A DNA stretch of 64,000 nt from an uncultured Candidatus Saccharibacteria bacterium. GTDB lineage: Bacteria; Patescibacteriota; Minisyncoccia; Phycocordibacterales; CSBR16-119. The position numbers and the translations under genes were made by a program. The notes under the pieces are model-generated. The model did no database searches, had not been told where the DNA came from, and saw only the letters and a list, made by a program, of their open reading frames with translations. Shown here in pieces: positions 16,066 through 25,234 of this stretch (position 1 is its first letter; every line of letters starts with the position of its first letter). Location: the NCBI GenBank assembly GCA_964355515.1, contig CAYHDV010000001.1, positions 26,544-90,543 of the forward strand. The letters run 5' to 3'.

Positions 16066-16980
16066 ATGATCACTACTTACAAACACAAAAAAATAACATG
16101 GGTTAACATCACCGATCCCCAAAGAGATGAGGTGGTGCATCTTATGGAAGAGTATAACCTCCCAGAACTGGCAAGTGAAGAATTACTACAAAAAACAGTC
16201 AGAGGAAAGGTTGATTTCTATGAAAAGCAAAAAATAGTGTATCTCGTACTTCATTTCCCAATCATTTCAAAAACTGGGAAAAAAAATGAAAGCGAGCAAG
16301 AAATAGATTTTATCATTAGCAAAAATGTGATTATCACTTCACATTTTGAAGAGATTGAAGCACTCCAAGAATTTTCGAAGTTATTTGAAGTTAATTCTGT
16401 CTTGGATAAAACTGAGATAGGAGAGCACGCGGGGTTTGTATTTTTCCACATAGCTAGAGAACTTTATAAAGATTCAATGCTCCAACTGCGAAATATTGAT
16501 GATGACCTTCAAGAAATTGAAATAAGTATTTTCGAAGGGCTAGAAGAACAGATGGTTAAAAAAATATCAGACTCAAATAGAAAATTGCTTGATTTCAAAC
16601 AAGCAATAAATGAACACGAGGATATTTTGAAATCATTTGAACACGCCGGGCTTATATTATTTGGAGAAGGATTTACTTATTACCTTTCAGACATTATGGG
16701 AGAATATCGAAAAGTAAGAAGTACTCTTGAAAGTAGAAAAGATATCCTCCGAGACTTGAAAGAAACAAACGACTCACTCCTGGCAAACAAGACAAATGCC
16801 ATCATGAAAGCTCTTACTGTTATGTCGTTTATTATGTTGCCTCTTACTCTTATCACAGGAGTATTTGGGATGAATACAAACATCCATCTTGCTGGAAACG
16901 ATTTTTATATTATTATTGCAGCAATGACAATGACTGGGATCGCTATGTTTGTTTATTTCAAAGGAAGAGGCTGGTTCTAG
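16066..16980 (+). CDS. corA: CorA-family Mg2+ transporter
   Basis: PLTLITGVFGMN motif with two C-terminal TM helices. Confidence 0.92.
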   Translation: MITTYKHKKITWVNITDPQRDEVVHLMEEYNLPELASEELLQKTVRGKVDFYEKQKIVYLVLHFPIISKTGKKNESEQEIDFIISKNVIITSHFEEIEALQEFSKLFEVNSVLDKTEIGEHAGFVFFHIARELYKDSMLQLRNIDDDLQEIEISIFEGLEEQMVKKISDSNRKLLDFKQAINEHEDILKSFEHAGLILFGEGFTYYLSDIMGEYRKVRSTLESRKDILRDLKETNDSLLANKTNAIMKALTVMSFIMLPLTLITGVFGMNTNIHLAGNDFYIIIAAMTMTGIAMFVYFKGRGWF

Positions 16981-17046
16981 GTTCAGAAAGCGGCGCCCTC
17001 CGGGCGCCGCTTTTCATTTCCTCTTCTTTCTAATACAATTAGACCC

Positions 17047-18408
17047 ATGGTTAAGCTACACAATACAAAATCAAAACTTCTGGAAGAATTTAAACCCATA
17101 GTACCTAACGAAGTTTCCATGTATACCTGCGGTCCAACCGTATACAACTACCCGCATATTGGGAATTACAGAAGTTACATATTTTCTGATCTTCTAAAAC
17201 GAGTGCTTTTTTTGAATGGTTTTTCTGTAAACCATGTCATGAATATTACCGATGTTGATGACAAAACTATTCGAGATTCACAGAAAGAAGGAAAAAGTTT
17301 GCGAGACTTTACAGAATTCTATACAGCAGAATTTATGAAAGACTTAGACGCTTTGAATATTATTCCAGCAAATACTTTTCCAAAAGCCACAGACCATATA
17401 CCTGAGATGACAAGTATGATTGGGACTCTGATAGATACAAACCATGCCTACAAAGCACCTGATGGAAGTGTTTATTTTGATATTTCTTCATTTTCTAAAT
17501 ATGGTGAACTGTCTGGAGTAGATTTTGGAGGAGTAAAGCAAACAGAACGAGCAAAGAAAGATGAATACTCAAAAGAAGACGCCCAAGATTTCGCTTTATG
17601 GAAAGCATACGAGTCAGAAGACGGAGATGTGGCTTGGGATACCACACTTGGCAAGGGGCGACCTGGATGGCACATAGAGTGTTCTGCCATGAGCACAAAG
17701 TACCTTGGTAATCACTTCGATATTCATACCGGCGGAGTGGATTTGGTTTTTCCTCACCATGAAAATGAGATTGCTCAATCTGTGTGCGCCCACGGCGGAG
17801 AATTTGTAAACTATTGGCTTCATAATGAGCACCTCATGGTAGATGGAAAAAAGATGTCAAAAAGTGCTGGAAATTTCTATACTCTTCAAGATATAAAAGA
17901 TCGAGGATTTTTACCGTTATCTTTTAGATATTTCCTACTCCAAGCTCACTATCGCACCCAGACGAACTTCACCTGGGAGGCTATGGAAGCTAGCCAGAAT
18001 GCCCTCCGAAAACTTCATCTTTCAACAAGAAATCTAAAACCTGGCTTTTTTGGAAAATTATTTGCAAAAATCGACATAGATTATCTAAAAACATTTTCTG
18101 AAGCAATAAATGATGATTTGGACACACCAAGGGCTTTGGCCACCATGTGGGAAATGATGAAAAGCAAAATAAGTGATGCCTCAAAACTAAAAACGCTTAT
18201 TGAAATGGACAGGTTTCTGGGGCTTGATGTTCAGACTGAATTTGAAATAGCCCAAATACCAAACGAAGTGGTCAGGCTAGCTGATAAAAGAGAGTCTGCA
18301 AGAAGAGAGAAAAATTACAAAGAAGCTGACCGTCTCCGAGAAGAAATAAGGTTAACAGGCTATCAGGTACTCGATACTGATTCAGGTCCAAGAATAGAAA
18401 AAATATAA
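17047..18408 (+). CDS. cysS: Cysteinyl-tRNA synthetase
   Basis: CGPTVY..HIGN, GRPGWHIECSAM and KMSKS motifs. Confidence 0.98.
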   Translation: MVKLHNTKSKLLEEFKPIVPNEVSMYTCGPTVYNYPHIGNYRSYIFSDLLKRVLFLNGFSVNHVMNITDVDDKTIRDSQKEGKSLRDFTEFYTAEFMKDLDALNIIPANTFPKATDHIPEMTSMIGTLIDTNHAYKAPDGSVYFDISSFSKYGELSGVDFGGVKQTERAKKDEYSKEDAQDFALWKAYESEDGDVAWDTTLGKGRPGWHIECSAMSTKYLGNHFDIHTGGVDLVFPHHENEIAQSVCAHGGEFVNYWLHNEHLMVDGKKMSKSAGNFYTLQDIKDRGFLPLSFRYFLLQAHYRTQTNFTWEAMEASQNALRKLHLSTRNLKPGFFGKLFAKIDIDYLKTFSEAINDDLDTPRALATMWEMMKSKISDASKLKTLIEMDRFLGLDVQTEFEIAQIPNEVVRLADKRESARREKNYKEADRLREEIRLTGYQVLDTDSGPRIEKI

Positions 18409-18474
18409 ACATATTTCAACGCTCATAGTCTATATGGAGTAATCAAAAAGCCCGCAGAACAGCGGGCTTTTTTG

Positions 18475-19311
18475 TTAGAGATTGGAACAAGATTCCTGCT
18501 CTATGTCTTCCAGGAACTCCAAGATGGTTGGAGTCATGTCAAAAAAGTTTCTCAACGCTTGGTCGTAAGCCAAGCTATCAAAATCGCCTGACCCGGATAA
18601 CTGAAGCAAAGAAGATCTTTCAATTTCTTCACAAAGCATCAACACTCCTTGATACCGAGTCAAAGCCTCAGTGCCAAAATTCTTTTGATAGAGGTCTGCC
18701 ACCTCTTTTTTGCGAAGGGCTTTGTCGGGTAGTAGACCATTTTGAGATAAACATGTTCTCATCATTGGGTTGCAAGTTTGAGACAGTCTCTGAAGATACT
18801 CTGATATCTCTCGACTGTTGTTTTGCAAATCCCATGAAATGAATGGATAGTCTTTGAATCGACCTTTGTGCTTTGACCCAAAAAATCCACCAAGCGAATC
18901 TTTTGGAGATTTGATAGTAGAGAAATCAAATTTCCCCACAAAAGAGGCAGATTCTGCAGAATACTTAATTTCATGCAAAATCGTACCCCCAAGGTCGTGA
19001 AGACCTCTTTCCAAATGATCTTTTTTGAAGACCAGCATCTCCACTGGAATCGAGAGATTCTTCAAATCTTCCTGAATAAACTCTCTCAGTGATTTCAAGA
19101 AGCAAGATGTTTGTCCTGAATAGACAACAAACAAGTCTATATCACTCAACAATGTATGTTCACTCCTGGAAAATGATCCAAAAAATGAAGCAAATTCCAC
19201 CTGATGGTGATTCTTCAAAAAAGAACCAAACATCATCTTCCCAAAATTAAAATCACTTTCTTTTGGTGGCTTCCCTATTCTAAAATCTGAACCTACTAGA
19301 ATTCTTGTCAT
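18475..19311 (-). CDS. Pol-beta-type nucleotidyltransferase-domain protein
   Basis: FGSFSR.....SDIDLFVV motif followed by a helical C-terminal region. Confidence 0.75.
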   Translation of the reverse strand: MTRILVGSDFRIGKPPKESDFNFGKMMFGSFLKNHHQVEFASFFGSFSRSEHTLLSDIDLFVVYSGQTSCFLKSLREFIQEDLKNLSIPVEMLVFKKDHLERGLHDLGGTILHEIKYSAESASFVGKFDFSTIKSPKDSLGGFFGSKHKGRFKDYPFISWDLQNNSREISEYLQRLSQTCNPMMRTCLSQNGLLPDKALRKKEVADLYQKNFGTEALTRYQGVLMLCEEIERSSLLQLSGSGDFDSLAYDQALRNFFDMTPTILEFLEDIEQESCSNL

Positions 19312-19381
19312 GGTGCACTTCTTTTAATTTACCTGAAATTAACATAAAAATATAAAAAGTCAAAGAAATTTCTTTGACTTT

Positions 19382-20263
19382 TTATATACCCATATTTTGT
19401 AATTCTTCAATAAGTTTTTTCTGATCTTTGGAAAGTTTGTCTGGCATGTCTATTAAGACTTGGACAAGCAAATCCCCTGTATTAAACATCCCTCCACGCA
19501 CGCCTTCACCTCGGACTCGAAGCACTGTTCCGTGTTGAATCCCCTCGGGAATTTTTATCTTGGTTGTACCGTCTACTGTTGGCACGCTATGCTTACCACC
19601 CAGAAGTGCTTCTGAAAGTTTGATGCGTAGATCCGTGAATAAATGAGACCCCTCTTTTCGAAGATGTGGGTGTTGCTCCACACTAAACTGCAAATACAAA
19701 TCCCCCGGCTGACCACCCTCGATAGGAGCGCCGTATCCTTGGAGTTTCATTTTTTGTCCATGGTCTATTCCGGCTGGGATTTCTATTTCTATCGTATCTT
19801 TGTCAGCTTGCGATGACTGAGATGGGAGTTTGATCTTTTTCTTTGTTCCTTGGATAGACTCTTTGAAAGTCAGCTTAAGGGTAAGAATAATATTCTGCCC
19901 TCTTCTCTGCCTTCCAAATCCTCCACCAAACATCTCTCCAAAAATATCCCCCAAATCAAACTCTACCCCTCCCTGACCCTGTTGGAATCCAGAAAAGTCA
20001 AACCCACCGAAACCTTGCCCCCCGCCGAAGCCTCCCTGACCTCCACCAAACTGTGGGCCCGCCGAACCAAACCGGTCATACTGTGCTCGCTTTTGGTCGT
20101 CTGAAAGAGTCTGGTAGGCTTCATTCGCTTCTTTGAACTTGGCTTCGTCTCCATCCTTTTTGTCTGGGTGATACTTGTGCGCTTGCTTACGAAATGCTTT
20201 TTTGATTTCGTCTTTTGAAGCGTCTTTTTGTATTCCTAATATTTCGTAATAATTTTTACTCAT
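19382..20263 (-). CDS. dnaJ: DnaJ-class co-chaperone lacking the Zn finger
   Basis: J domain with HPD, G/F-rich region and C-terminal domain; no CxxCxGxG repeats. Confidence 0.92.
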   Translation of the reverse strand: MSKNYYEILGIQKDASKDEIKKAFRKQAHKYHPDKKDGDEAKFKEANEAYQTLSDDQKRAQYDRFGSAGPQFGGGQGGFGGGQGFGGFDFSGFQQGQGGVEFDLGDIFGEMFGGGFGRQRRGQNIILTLKLTFKESIQGTKKKIKLPSQSSQADKDTIEIEIPAGIDHGQKMKLQGYGAPIEGGQPGDLYLQFSVEQHPHLRKEGSHLFTDLRIKLSEALLGGKHSVPTVDGTTKIKIPEGIQHGTVLRVRGEGVRGGMFNTGDLLVQVLIDMPDKLSKDQKKLIEELQNMGI

Positions 20264-20274
20264 AGTTTTTGCTT

Positions 20275-20303
20275 GTCCGTCCGTAGCTTTAGCGAAGGTG
20301 GAT
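20275..20303. repeat. REP-like element CCGTAGCTTTAGCGAAGG
   Basis: Imperfect palindrome related to the elements at 11302-11325 and 12446-12464. Confidence 0.65.
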
Positions 20304-20362
20304 AGTAGTCTTTTGACATTATTTGATAGTTATGCTATTTTGTAAATAAAAATGTTACAATA

Positions 20363-20632
20363 ATGAACTTTGAACTTATTTTTGGATCTATTACTTTTGT
20401 GAGTTCGTTAGTAATGGCAAGTGTAGGACTACCATCACAAATTTGGAAAAACTATCGAACAAAGACTTCTGGCATAGCTTTGATGTTGATAATCCTCACT
20501 CTTGCGGTATATCTTCCAAGAACAGTATATACTGCCATACGCCAAGATTATTATATACTAATACCAGATTTGGTTGGTCTCGTATGTTCAATTGTAATAC
20601 TTATTCAACATTTTCTTTACAAAAAGCATTAA
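20363..20632 (+). CDS. PQ-loop/SemiSWEET-like 3-TM protein
   Basis: GLPSQIWKNYRTKTSG motif; 89 aa; 3 TM segments. Confidence 0.7.
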   Translation: MNFELIFGSITFVSSLVMASVGLPSQIWKNYRTKTSGIALMLIILTLAVYLPRTVYTAIRQDYYILIPDLVGLVCSIVILIQHFLYKKH

Positions 20633-20681
20633 CCTTTGTTGGTGCTTTTTTATTTCCAGTGATAAAAATTTCGTGAGAAAT

Positions 20682-20723
20682 CCTGGATTGCCACGTCGCC
20701 AAGCTCCTCGCAAAGACGCTACG
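20682..20723. repeat. REP-like element CTGGATTGCC...CCTCGCAAAGACG
   Basis: 39/42 identical to the inverted copy at 12195-12236. Confidence 0.85.
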
Positions 20724-20741
20724 TGCGGTGATTAAGAGCGA

Positions 20742-22646
20742 TTACTTCTCTTCTTCTTTATCCTCACTCACCACCTCAGCCTCCTGAGTAGTATCAGCAG
20801 AACCTGCTTCTGTTCCAGCGCCAGCATTTGACGCTTGTGCTTTCTTTGCTAGGTGCTCATGGATCTTTTGCATTTCAGTACTTAGCTCTTCTGTAGCTTT
20901 TTTAATATCGTCATGATTTGCATCTGGAAGCTCTTTTACTTTCTTTAGAGACTCCACTTTATCTTGAATACCCTTTTTTACATCCTCGGGTGCATCATCT
21001 CCGGCGTCCTTGATGGCTTTTTCTGCTGCGAATACTGTCATGTCCGCAGTGTTACGAATCTCAGCAGCTTCTTTTTTCTTCTTATCTCCTTCTGCATGAA
21101 TCTCAGCGTCCTTCTTCATTTTTTCAATATCAGCATCGGTAAGTCCTGAAGAAGCTTCAATTCTGATTGACTGCTCTTTACCTGAAGTATTGTCCTTGGC
21201 TTTTACATTTAGGATTCCGTTTGCATCCACATCAAATGACACCTCAATCTGAGGAACTCCTCGTGGTGCTGGTGGAATACCATCTAGGACAAATCGTCCT
21301 AGTGATTTATTGTCAGAGGCCATTGGTCGCTCACCCTGTACGATATGAATCTCTGTTGAAGTCTGGTTGTCAGCAGCTGTAGAGAATACTTGTGACTTTG
21401 TAGCTGGGATTGTGGTGTTTCTCTCGATCAGCTTTGTAGCCACTCCTCCTAGAGTCTCAATACCAAGTGATAGAGGGATCACGTCTAGTAGAAGCACGTC
21501 TTTTACATCTCCCTGCAACACTCCTCCCTGCACAGCAGCACCAAGTGCCACCACTTCATCTGGGTTAATAGATTTGTTTGGTTCTTTACCAAATAGATTC
21601 TTCACCGCTTCTATAATAGCTGGCATTCGAGTTTGCCCTCCTACGAGGATCACTTCATTGATATCCGCGATTTTAAATGGAGAAGCCTCTACAGCTCGCT
21701 TTGTAATCTCAATAGACTTCTCAATATATGAGCTTGCTAGTTCTTCGAGTTTTGCTCGAGTAAGCGTCATAACAAGGTGCTTTGGACCATTTGCATCCGA
21801 TGTGACAAATGGGATATTGATTTCTGTTTCTGTTGTAGTGGAGAGTTCATGCTTTGCTTTTTCTGCTGACTCGTCTAGTCTTTGTAGTGCGAGAGCATCC
21901 TTTCGTAAATCAATACCATCTGTGTTTTTGAATTGTTCTGCGATCCAGTTGATGATGGCTTGGTCGATATCTCGTCCTCCCATGTGTGAATCTCCATCAG
22001 TAGACTTCACCTCGATAGTATCTTCTGACACCTCGAGCACAGATACGTCAAATGTTCCTCCTCCGAAGTCAAACACCACCACTGTCTCATCTTTCTTTTT
22101 GTTAAATCCATATGCAAGAGCTGCCGCTGTAGGCTCGTTGATAATTCGCTTTACATCTAGTCCAGCGATTTGTCCGGCGTCTTTTGTGGCTTGTCGTTGT
22201 GCATCATCGAAGTACGCAGGTACGGTGATAACTGCTTCAGTTATGGGGTAACCGAGCTTTGCTTCAGCATCTGCTTTGATCTTTGAGAGAATCATCGCAG
22301 AAACTTCTTCTGGTCGGTAGTTTTTGTCGGCAAGCTTTACCTCCACCCCACCTGTAGACCCCTTTTCGATTCCGTATGATACGATGGCTTTTTCTTTTGC
22401 CACAATTGCATCATCGTACCTATGACCCATGAGCCTTTTCACACCGTAGATGGTATTTGTGGGGTTTGTCACCGCTTGGCGCTTGGCTACAAGTCCAGCA
22501 AGTCTCTCACCTGCTTTGTTTATAGCCACAACAGATGGAGTTGTACGCGCTCCTTCTTTGTTTTCTATAATTACTGGTTGCCCTCCTTCAATAACTGCGA
22601 AGGCAGAGTTTGTTGTTCCTAAATCTATTCCTAGTATTTTTGACAT
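20742..22646 (-). CDS. dnaK: Chaperone DnaK
   Basis: [22 protein letters not shown] and GGGTFD motifs. Confidence 0.99.
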   Translation of the reverse strand: MSKILGIDLGTTNSAFAVIEGGQPVIIENKEGARTTPSVVAINKAGERLAGLVAKRQAVTNPTNTIYGVKRLMGHRYDDAIVAKEKAIVSYGIEKGSTGGVEVKLADKNYRPEEVSAMILSKIKADAEAKLGYPITEAVITVPAYFDDAQRQATKDAGQIAGLDVKRIINEPTAAALAYGFNKKKDETVVVFDFGGGTFDVSVLEVSEDTIEVKSTDGDSHMGGRDIDQAIINWIAEQFKNTDGIDLRKDALALQRLDESAEKAKHELSTTTETEINIPFVTSDANGPKHLVMTLTRAKLEELASSYIEKSIEITKRAVEASPFKIADINEVILVGGQTRMPAIIEAVKNLFGKEPNKSINPDEVVALGAAVQGGVLQGDVKDVLLLDVIPLSLGIETLGGVATKLIERNTTIPATKSQVFSTAADNQTSTEIHIVQGERPMASDNKSLGRFVLDGIPPAPRGVPQIEVSFDVDANGILNVKAKDNTSGKEQSIRIEASSGLTDADIEKMKKDAEIHAEGDKKKKEAAEIRNTADMTVFAAEKAIKDAGDDAPEDVKKGIQDKVESLKKVKELPDANHDDIKKATEELSTEMQKIHEHLAKKAQASNAGAGTEAGSADTTQEAEVVSEDKEEEK

Positions 22647-22659
22647 AGTGTTTATTAAA

Positions 22660-22950
22660 TTAATTAGTTTCCTTATAATGCTCTCTTACTTTTTTTATAA
22701 AAATCTCAAGATCATCAATATGAATTTTCATGTCAGAATAATTTCCAGACCCTCCTTTATAGTTCAAACCTTCTCCAAGATTGTACTCGGGTGATAGCCC
22801 CTCTTCTCCATCAAGTAATGAAGCAATATTTTTTGATTGCCTTTTAAGTTCTGAGGTAGCAAAATCAGAAATATTTATGAAACCATCTTTATCAACTTTA
22901 TGTGTGTACTTCTCTTTCAAAGATTCTATTTTTTCAGATCGATTTTCCAT
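22660..22950 (-). CDS. Hypothetical protein between grpE and dnaK
   Basis: 96-aa ORF tightly packed in the operon; its start region duplicates that of dnaK. Confidence 0.7.
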   Translation of the reverse strand: MENRSEKIESLKEKYTHKVDKDGFINISDFATSELKRQSKNIASLLDGEEGLSPEYNLGEGLNYKGGSGNYSDMKIHIDDLEIFIKKVREHYKETN

Positions 22951-22974
22951 AGTGTTTATTATTTAAATTAGTAA

Positions 22975-23592
22975 TTAGTTTTTCAATTTATAAACCTCTA
23001 CCTTCGCTGGCCGGATAACTGAACCCTTCATTTCATATCCTCTCTGGATTATCTTTGCGATAGTGTCTTCTTTTGACGAATCATCTGTTTCAATTTGATT
23101 TAGAGCCATATGCTTTTCAGGATCAAATGTATCTCCTTCTTTTGTTGGTAAGTCCTTTATCCCGAAACCTTCGAGTGTGCTTTTGAATTGCTTATAAATA
23201 TGTTCTACGCCAATTCGCCAATTCTGATCCACGCTCTCCCACACTTCTTTATTCATCATTGCCATATCGAAGTTGTCGAGTGTGCCAAGAAATTCTGACG
23301 TGATAGCTTCTTCGAGAATTTCTCGCATGCGAGTACGCCGAGCATCATCTTCTTTTTTGTAATTAGTGAAGTCTGCTCGTTCTCTCTGCCATCCATCCAG
23401 ATACTCTTTTGATTTTTCTTTGAGGTCTTTTATTTCTTGTTTGAGCTGTTTGATCTTATCCTTCGAGAGTCCTTCTGTCTCATCAAACTCAATATCGTCG
23501 GCTTCATCACTTAGAGGCCTGCCTGCCGGACAGGCAGGTTCAACCTCTGAAAAAGATTCTTCAAAATCTTCGTTTGTGTCGTCTTTTGGCAT
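22975..23592 (-). CDS. grpE: Nucleotide exchange factor GrpE with a REP-derived N-terminal insertion
   Basis: RADF.NYKK, FDP..H.A and GY......RPA.V motifs. Confidence 0.95.
   Translation of the reverse strand: MPKDDTNEDFEESFSEVEPACPAGRPLSDEADDIEFDETEGLSKDKIKQLKQEIKDLKEKSKEYLDGWQRERADFTNYKKEDDARRTRMREILEEAITSEFLGTLDNFDMAMMNKEVWESVDQNWRIGVEHIYKQFKSTLEGFGIKDLPTKEGDTFDPEKHMALNQIETDDSSKEDTIAKIIQRGYEMKGSVIRPAKVEVYKLKN
23509..23553. repeat. Composite REP within grpE: AGAGGTTCAACCTCT host plus 21-bp insert CCTGCCTGCCGGACAGGCAGG (23518-23538)
   Basis: Removing the insert gives ACTTAGAGGTTCAACCTCT, identical to 23745-23763. Confidence 0.9.
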
Positions 23593-23635
23593 AGTTTTTT
23601 AAGCAATTAACTAAACTAATAATCTAAGTTCCTAT

Positions 23636-23715
23636 ATTGTATACAAAATAAATTATTTTGACAAGTTTTTAGTGGTCGCTAAATTATTGTCAAAATAAAT
23701 ATAACATGCTATATT
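23636..23715. promoter_or_regulatory. Back-to-back sigma70 promoters whose -35 boxes are the arms of a 46-bp inverted repeat
   Basis: Minus: TTGTCA(23659-23664)-17-TACAAT(23636-23641). Plus: TTGTCA(23687-23692)-17-TATATT(23710-23715). Confidence 0.65.
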
Positions 23716-23746
23716 GTATTACATCAACTTATCCACAGTTTAATAC

Positions 23747-23765
23747 TTAGAGGTTCAACCTCTAA
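23747..23765. repeat. REP-like palindrome TTAGAGGTTCAACCTCTAA
   Basis: Related copy at 47171-47195 and an interrupted copy in grpE. Confidence 0.8.
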
Positions 23766-23775
23766 CGCTTATATT

Positions 23776-24342
23776 ATGAAGAAAAAATCATTACAAGACC
23801 AAATCCTAAGGGCTCTAGGTACCAAGAAAACGCTCAAAATGGGTGATTTGCATGATGCTTTGAGCGAGGGAAAGATAGTAGATAAACTAGGGGCTAATGC
23901 AGACCAAAACGACCCCACAAAGGCAAAATATGCCTTAAATCGGTCGCTCAAGACTCTCCGGGACTCTGACCTGGTAGAGCAGTTTGACACTGAGCAATCA
24001 AGATACCTCCGGCTCACAAAAGAAGGTAGACAGAAACTCCGAAATATCAAACTCACCCATCCAAATAGCCTTGTTTCTACTTCTTGGGATGGCTTTTGGC
24101 GAATGATTCTTGTGGATATTCCAGAAGATAGGAAAAGTGAAAGGGAGAGCTTCCGGTATCTTTTGAAAAAGGCGGGATTTCTATGTCTGAAAAATTCAGT
24201 CTGGGTTTCTCCCTACCCTTTGGAGCATATGTTTTTTGAAATAAAAAAAGATCTAGGCTTTGGAACCGAAGTCATGATCTCTGTCTCTAAACTAGATTCT
24301 GAAACAGAGGAAGGATTGTTTAAACAATTTGGGATGAGGTAG
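23776..24342 (+). CDS. PaaX-like regulator (wHTH plus Cas2-like/PaaX central domain)
   Basis: LT.EG wing; WDG.WR...DIPE..R..FR..L...GF..L..SVW.SP motif. Confidence 0.8.
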   Translation: MKKKSLQDQILRALGTKKTLKMGDLHDALSEGKIVDKLGANADQNDPTKAKYALNRSLKTLRDSDLVEQFDTEQSRYLRLTKEGRQKLRNIKLTHPNSLVSTSWDGFWRMILVDIPEDRKSERESFRYLLKKAGFLCLKNSVWVSPYPLEHMFFEIKKDLGFGTEVMISVSKLDSETEEGLFKQFGMR

Positions 24343-24346
24343 AGAC

Positions 24347-24378
24347 AAAAAGCCCCGCGCCTTGGCGCGGGGCTTTTT
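24347..24378. terminator. Bidirectional terminator
   Basis: AAAAAGCCCCGCGCC-TT-GGCGCGGGGCTTTTT. Confidence 0.85.
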
Positions 24379-24406
24379 GATTGTTAAATTAAATGACGAT
24401 ATTTAT

Positions 24407-25084
24407 TTAATTTAGAAGAAATCTCAAAGTAGACACAATTCTAATTTTTTTATATTCTGGTGAGCCGGGGTCTTTTTCTGTTATTTCAAAAGTCCCTTGA
24501 TTTGCCCTGGATATCTTCCCAATACGAGACTTTGAGTCATCAGCAAATTGCTCTGCTGAAACACGAGCACTCTCTATCGCCTCTCCAAGCATCTCTGGTT
24601 TGATACTATTCAAATCAGTGAACTGAAAGTCAACATAGTTACCACTGAAGACAATTCCCTTTTGGATTAGAGGAAGAGTTTTTTGGGTTGCAGTTCGTAC
24701 AGCATCCACCTTGTCGGTATACACAGACATTTGGACATTTGCATTGTACCTAAACAAAGAATCTCGATATGTGTCTTGGTAGATATTCACAGGGGCCATA
24801 TTTATTTCTCCATCTTCAAATCCTTCTAATTTTAGAAATTCGGTAATAGCCTTTGAATTTTTATCAATTGTGGCGTAGAGGTCATTGCTATCGTTTGACT
24901 TCACCTCGAAACTAATAGACCAGATAGCTTTGTCTGACTTTACAATTCGCTCTGATAACCCCTTCACCTCTACATATCTCCCCTGATCAGAAAATCCTCT
25001 CGCAGAGATAAAAAACGCACCCGCTATAATCAAAATACCAGAAGTAAGAATCAAATATTTCACAGTACTGCTTAAATCTTTCAT
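24407..25084 (-). CDS. SIMPL/DUF541-domain protein
   Basis: N-terminal TM; V.VKGLSER.VK.D, L..IKPEML.EA...A..FA.DS, ANQG.F.I and K.R.VST motifs. Confidence 0.88.
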   Translation of the reverse strand: MKDLSSTVKYLILTSGILIIAGAFFISARGFSDQGRYVEVKGLSERIVKSDKAIWSISFEVKSNDSNDLYATIDKNSKAITEFLKLEGFEDGEINMAPVNIYQDTYRDSLFRYNANVQMSVYTDKVDAVRTATQKTLPLIQKGIVFSGNYVDFQFTDLNSIKPEMLGEAIESARVSAEQFADDSKSRIGKISRANQGTFEITEKDPGSPEYKKIRIVSTLRFLLN

Positions 25085-25234
25085 ATATATGTTTATAAGT
25101 GCAAAGCACATTTCTTAATTGATAATTCTATCTTTATGACCTACAAGACCTAAGATATAAGTATACCATTTTTATGGTAATAAAAGTCGTATTAAAAAGC
25201 CCCGCGCAAACGCGCGGGGCTTTAAAGTCTGAAT

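Noticed and set aside
21367-22251. Long antisense ORFs over dnaK (and 54864-55688 over ftsZ)
   Set aside because: Common codon-bias shadows of conserved genes.
23729-23737. oriC from the DnaA box (near-match also at 5191-5199)
   Set aside because: Isolated boxes with no cluster and no dnaA gene.
23776-24342. Cas2 or CRISPR system
   Set aside because: The Cas2-like domain is fused to a wHTH (PaaX-type). No other cas genes or repeat-spacer array were seen.
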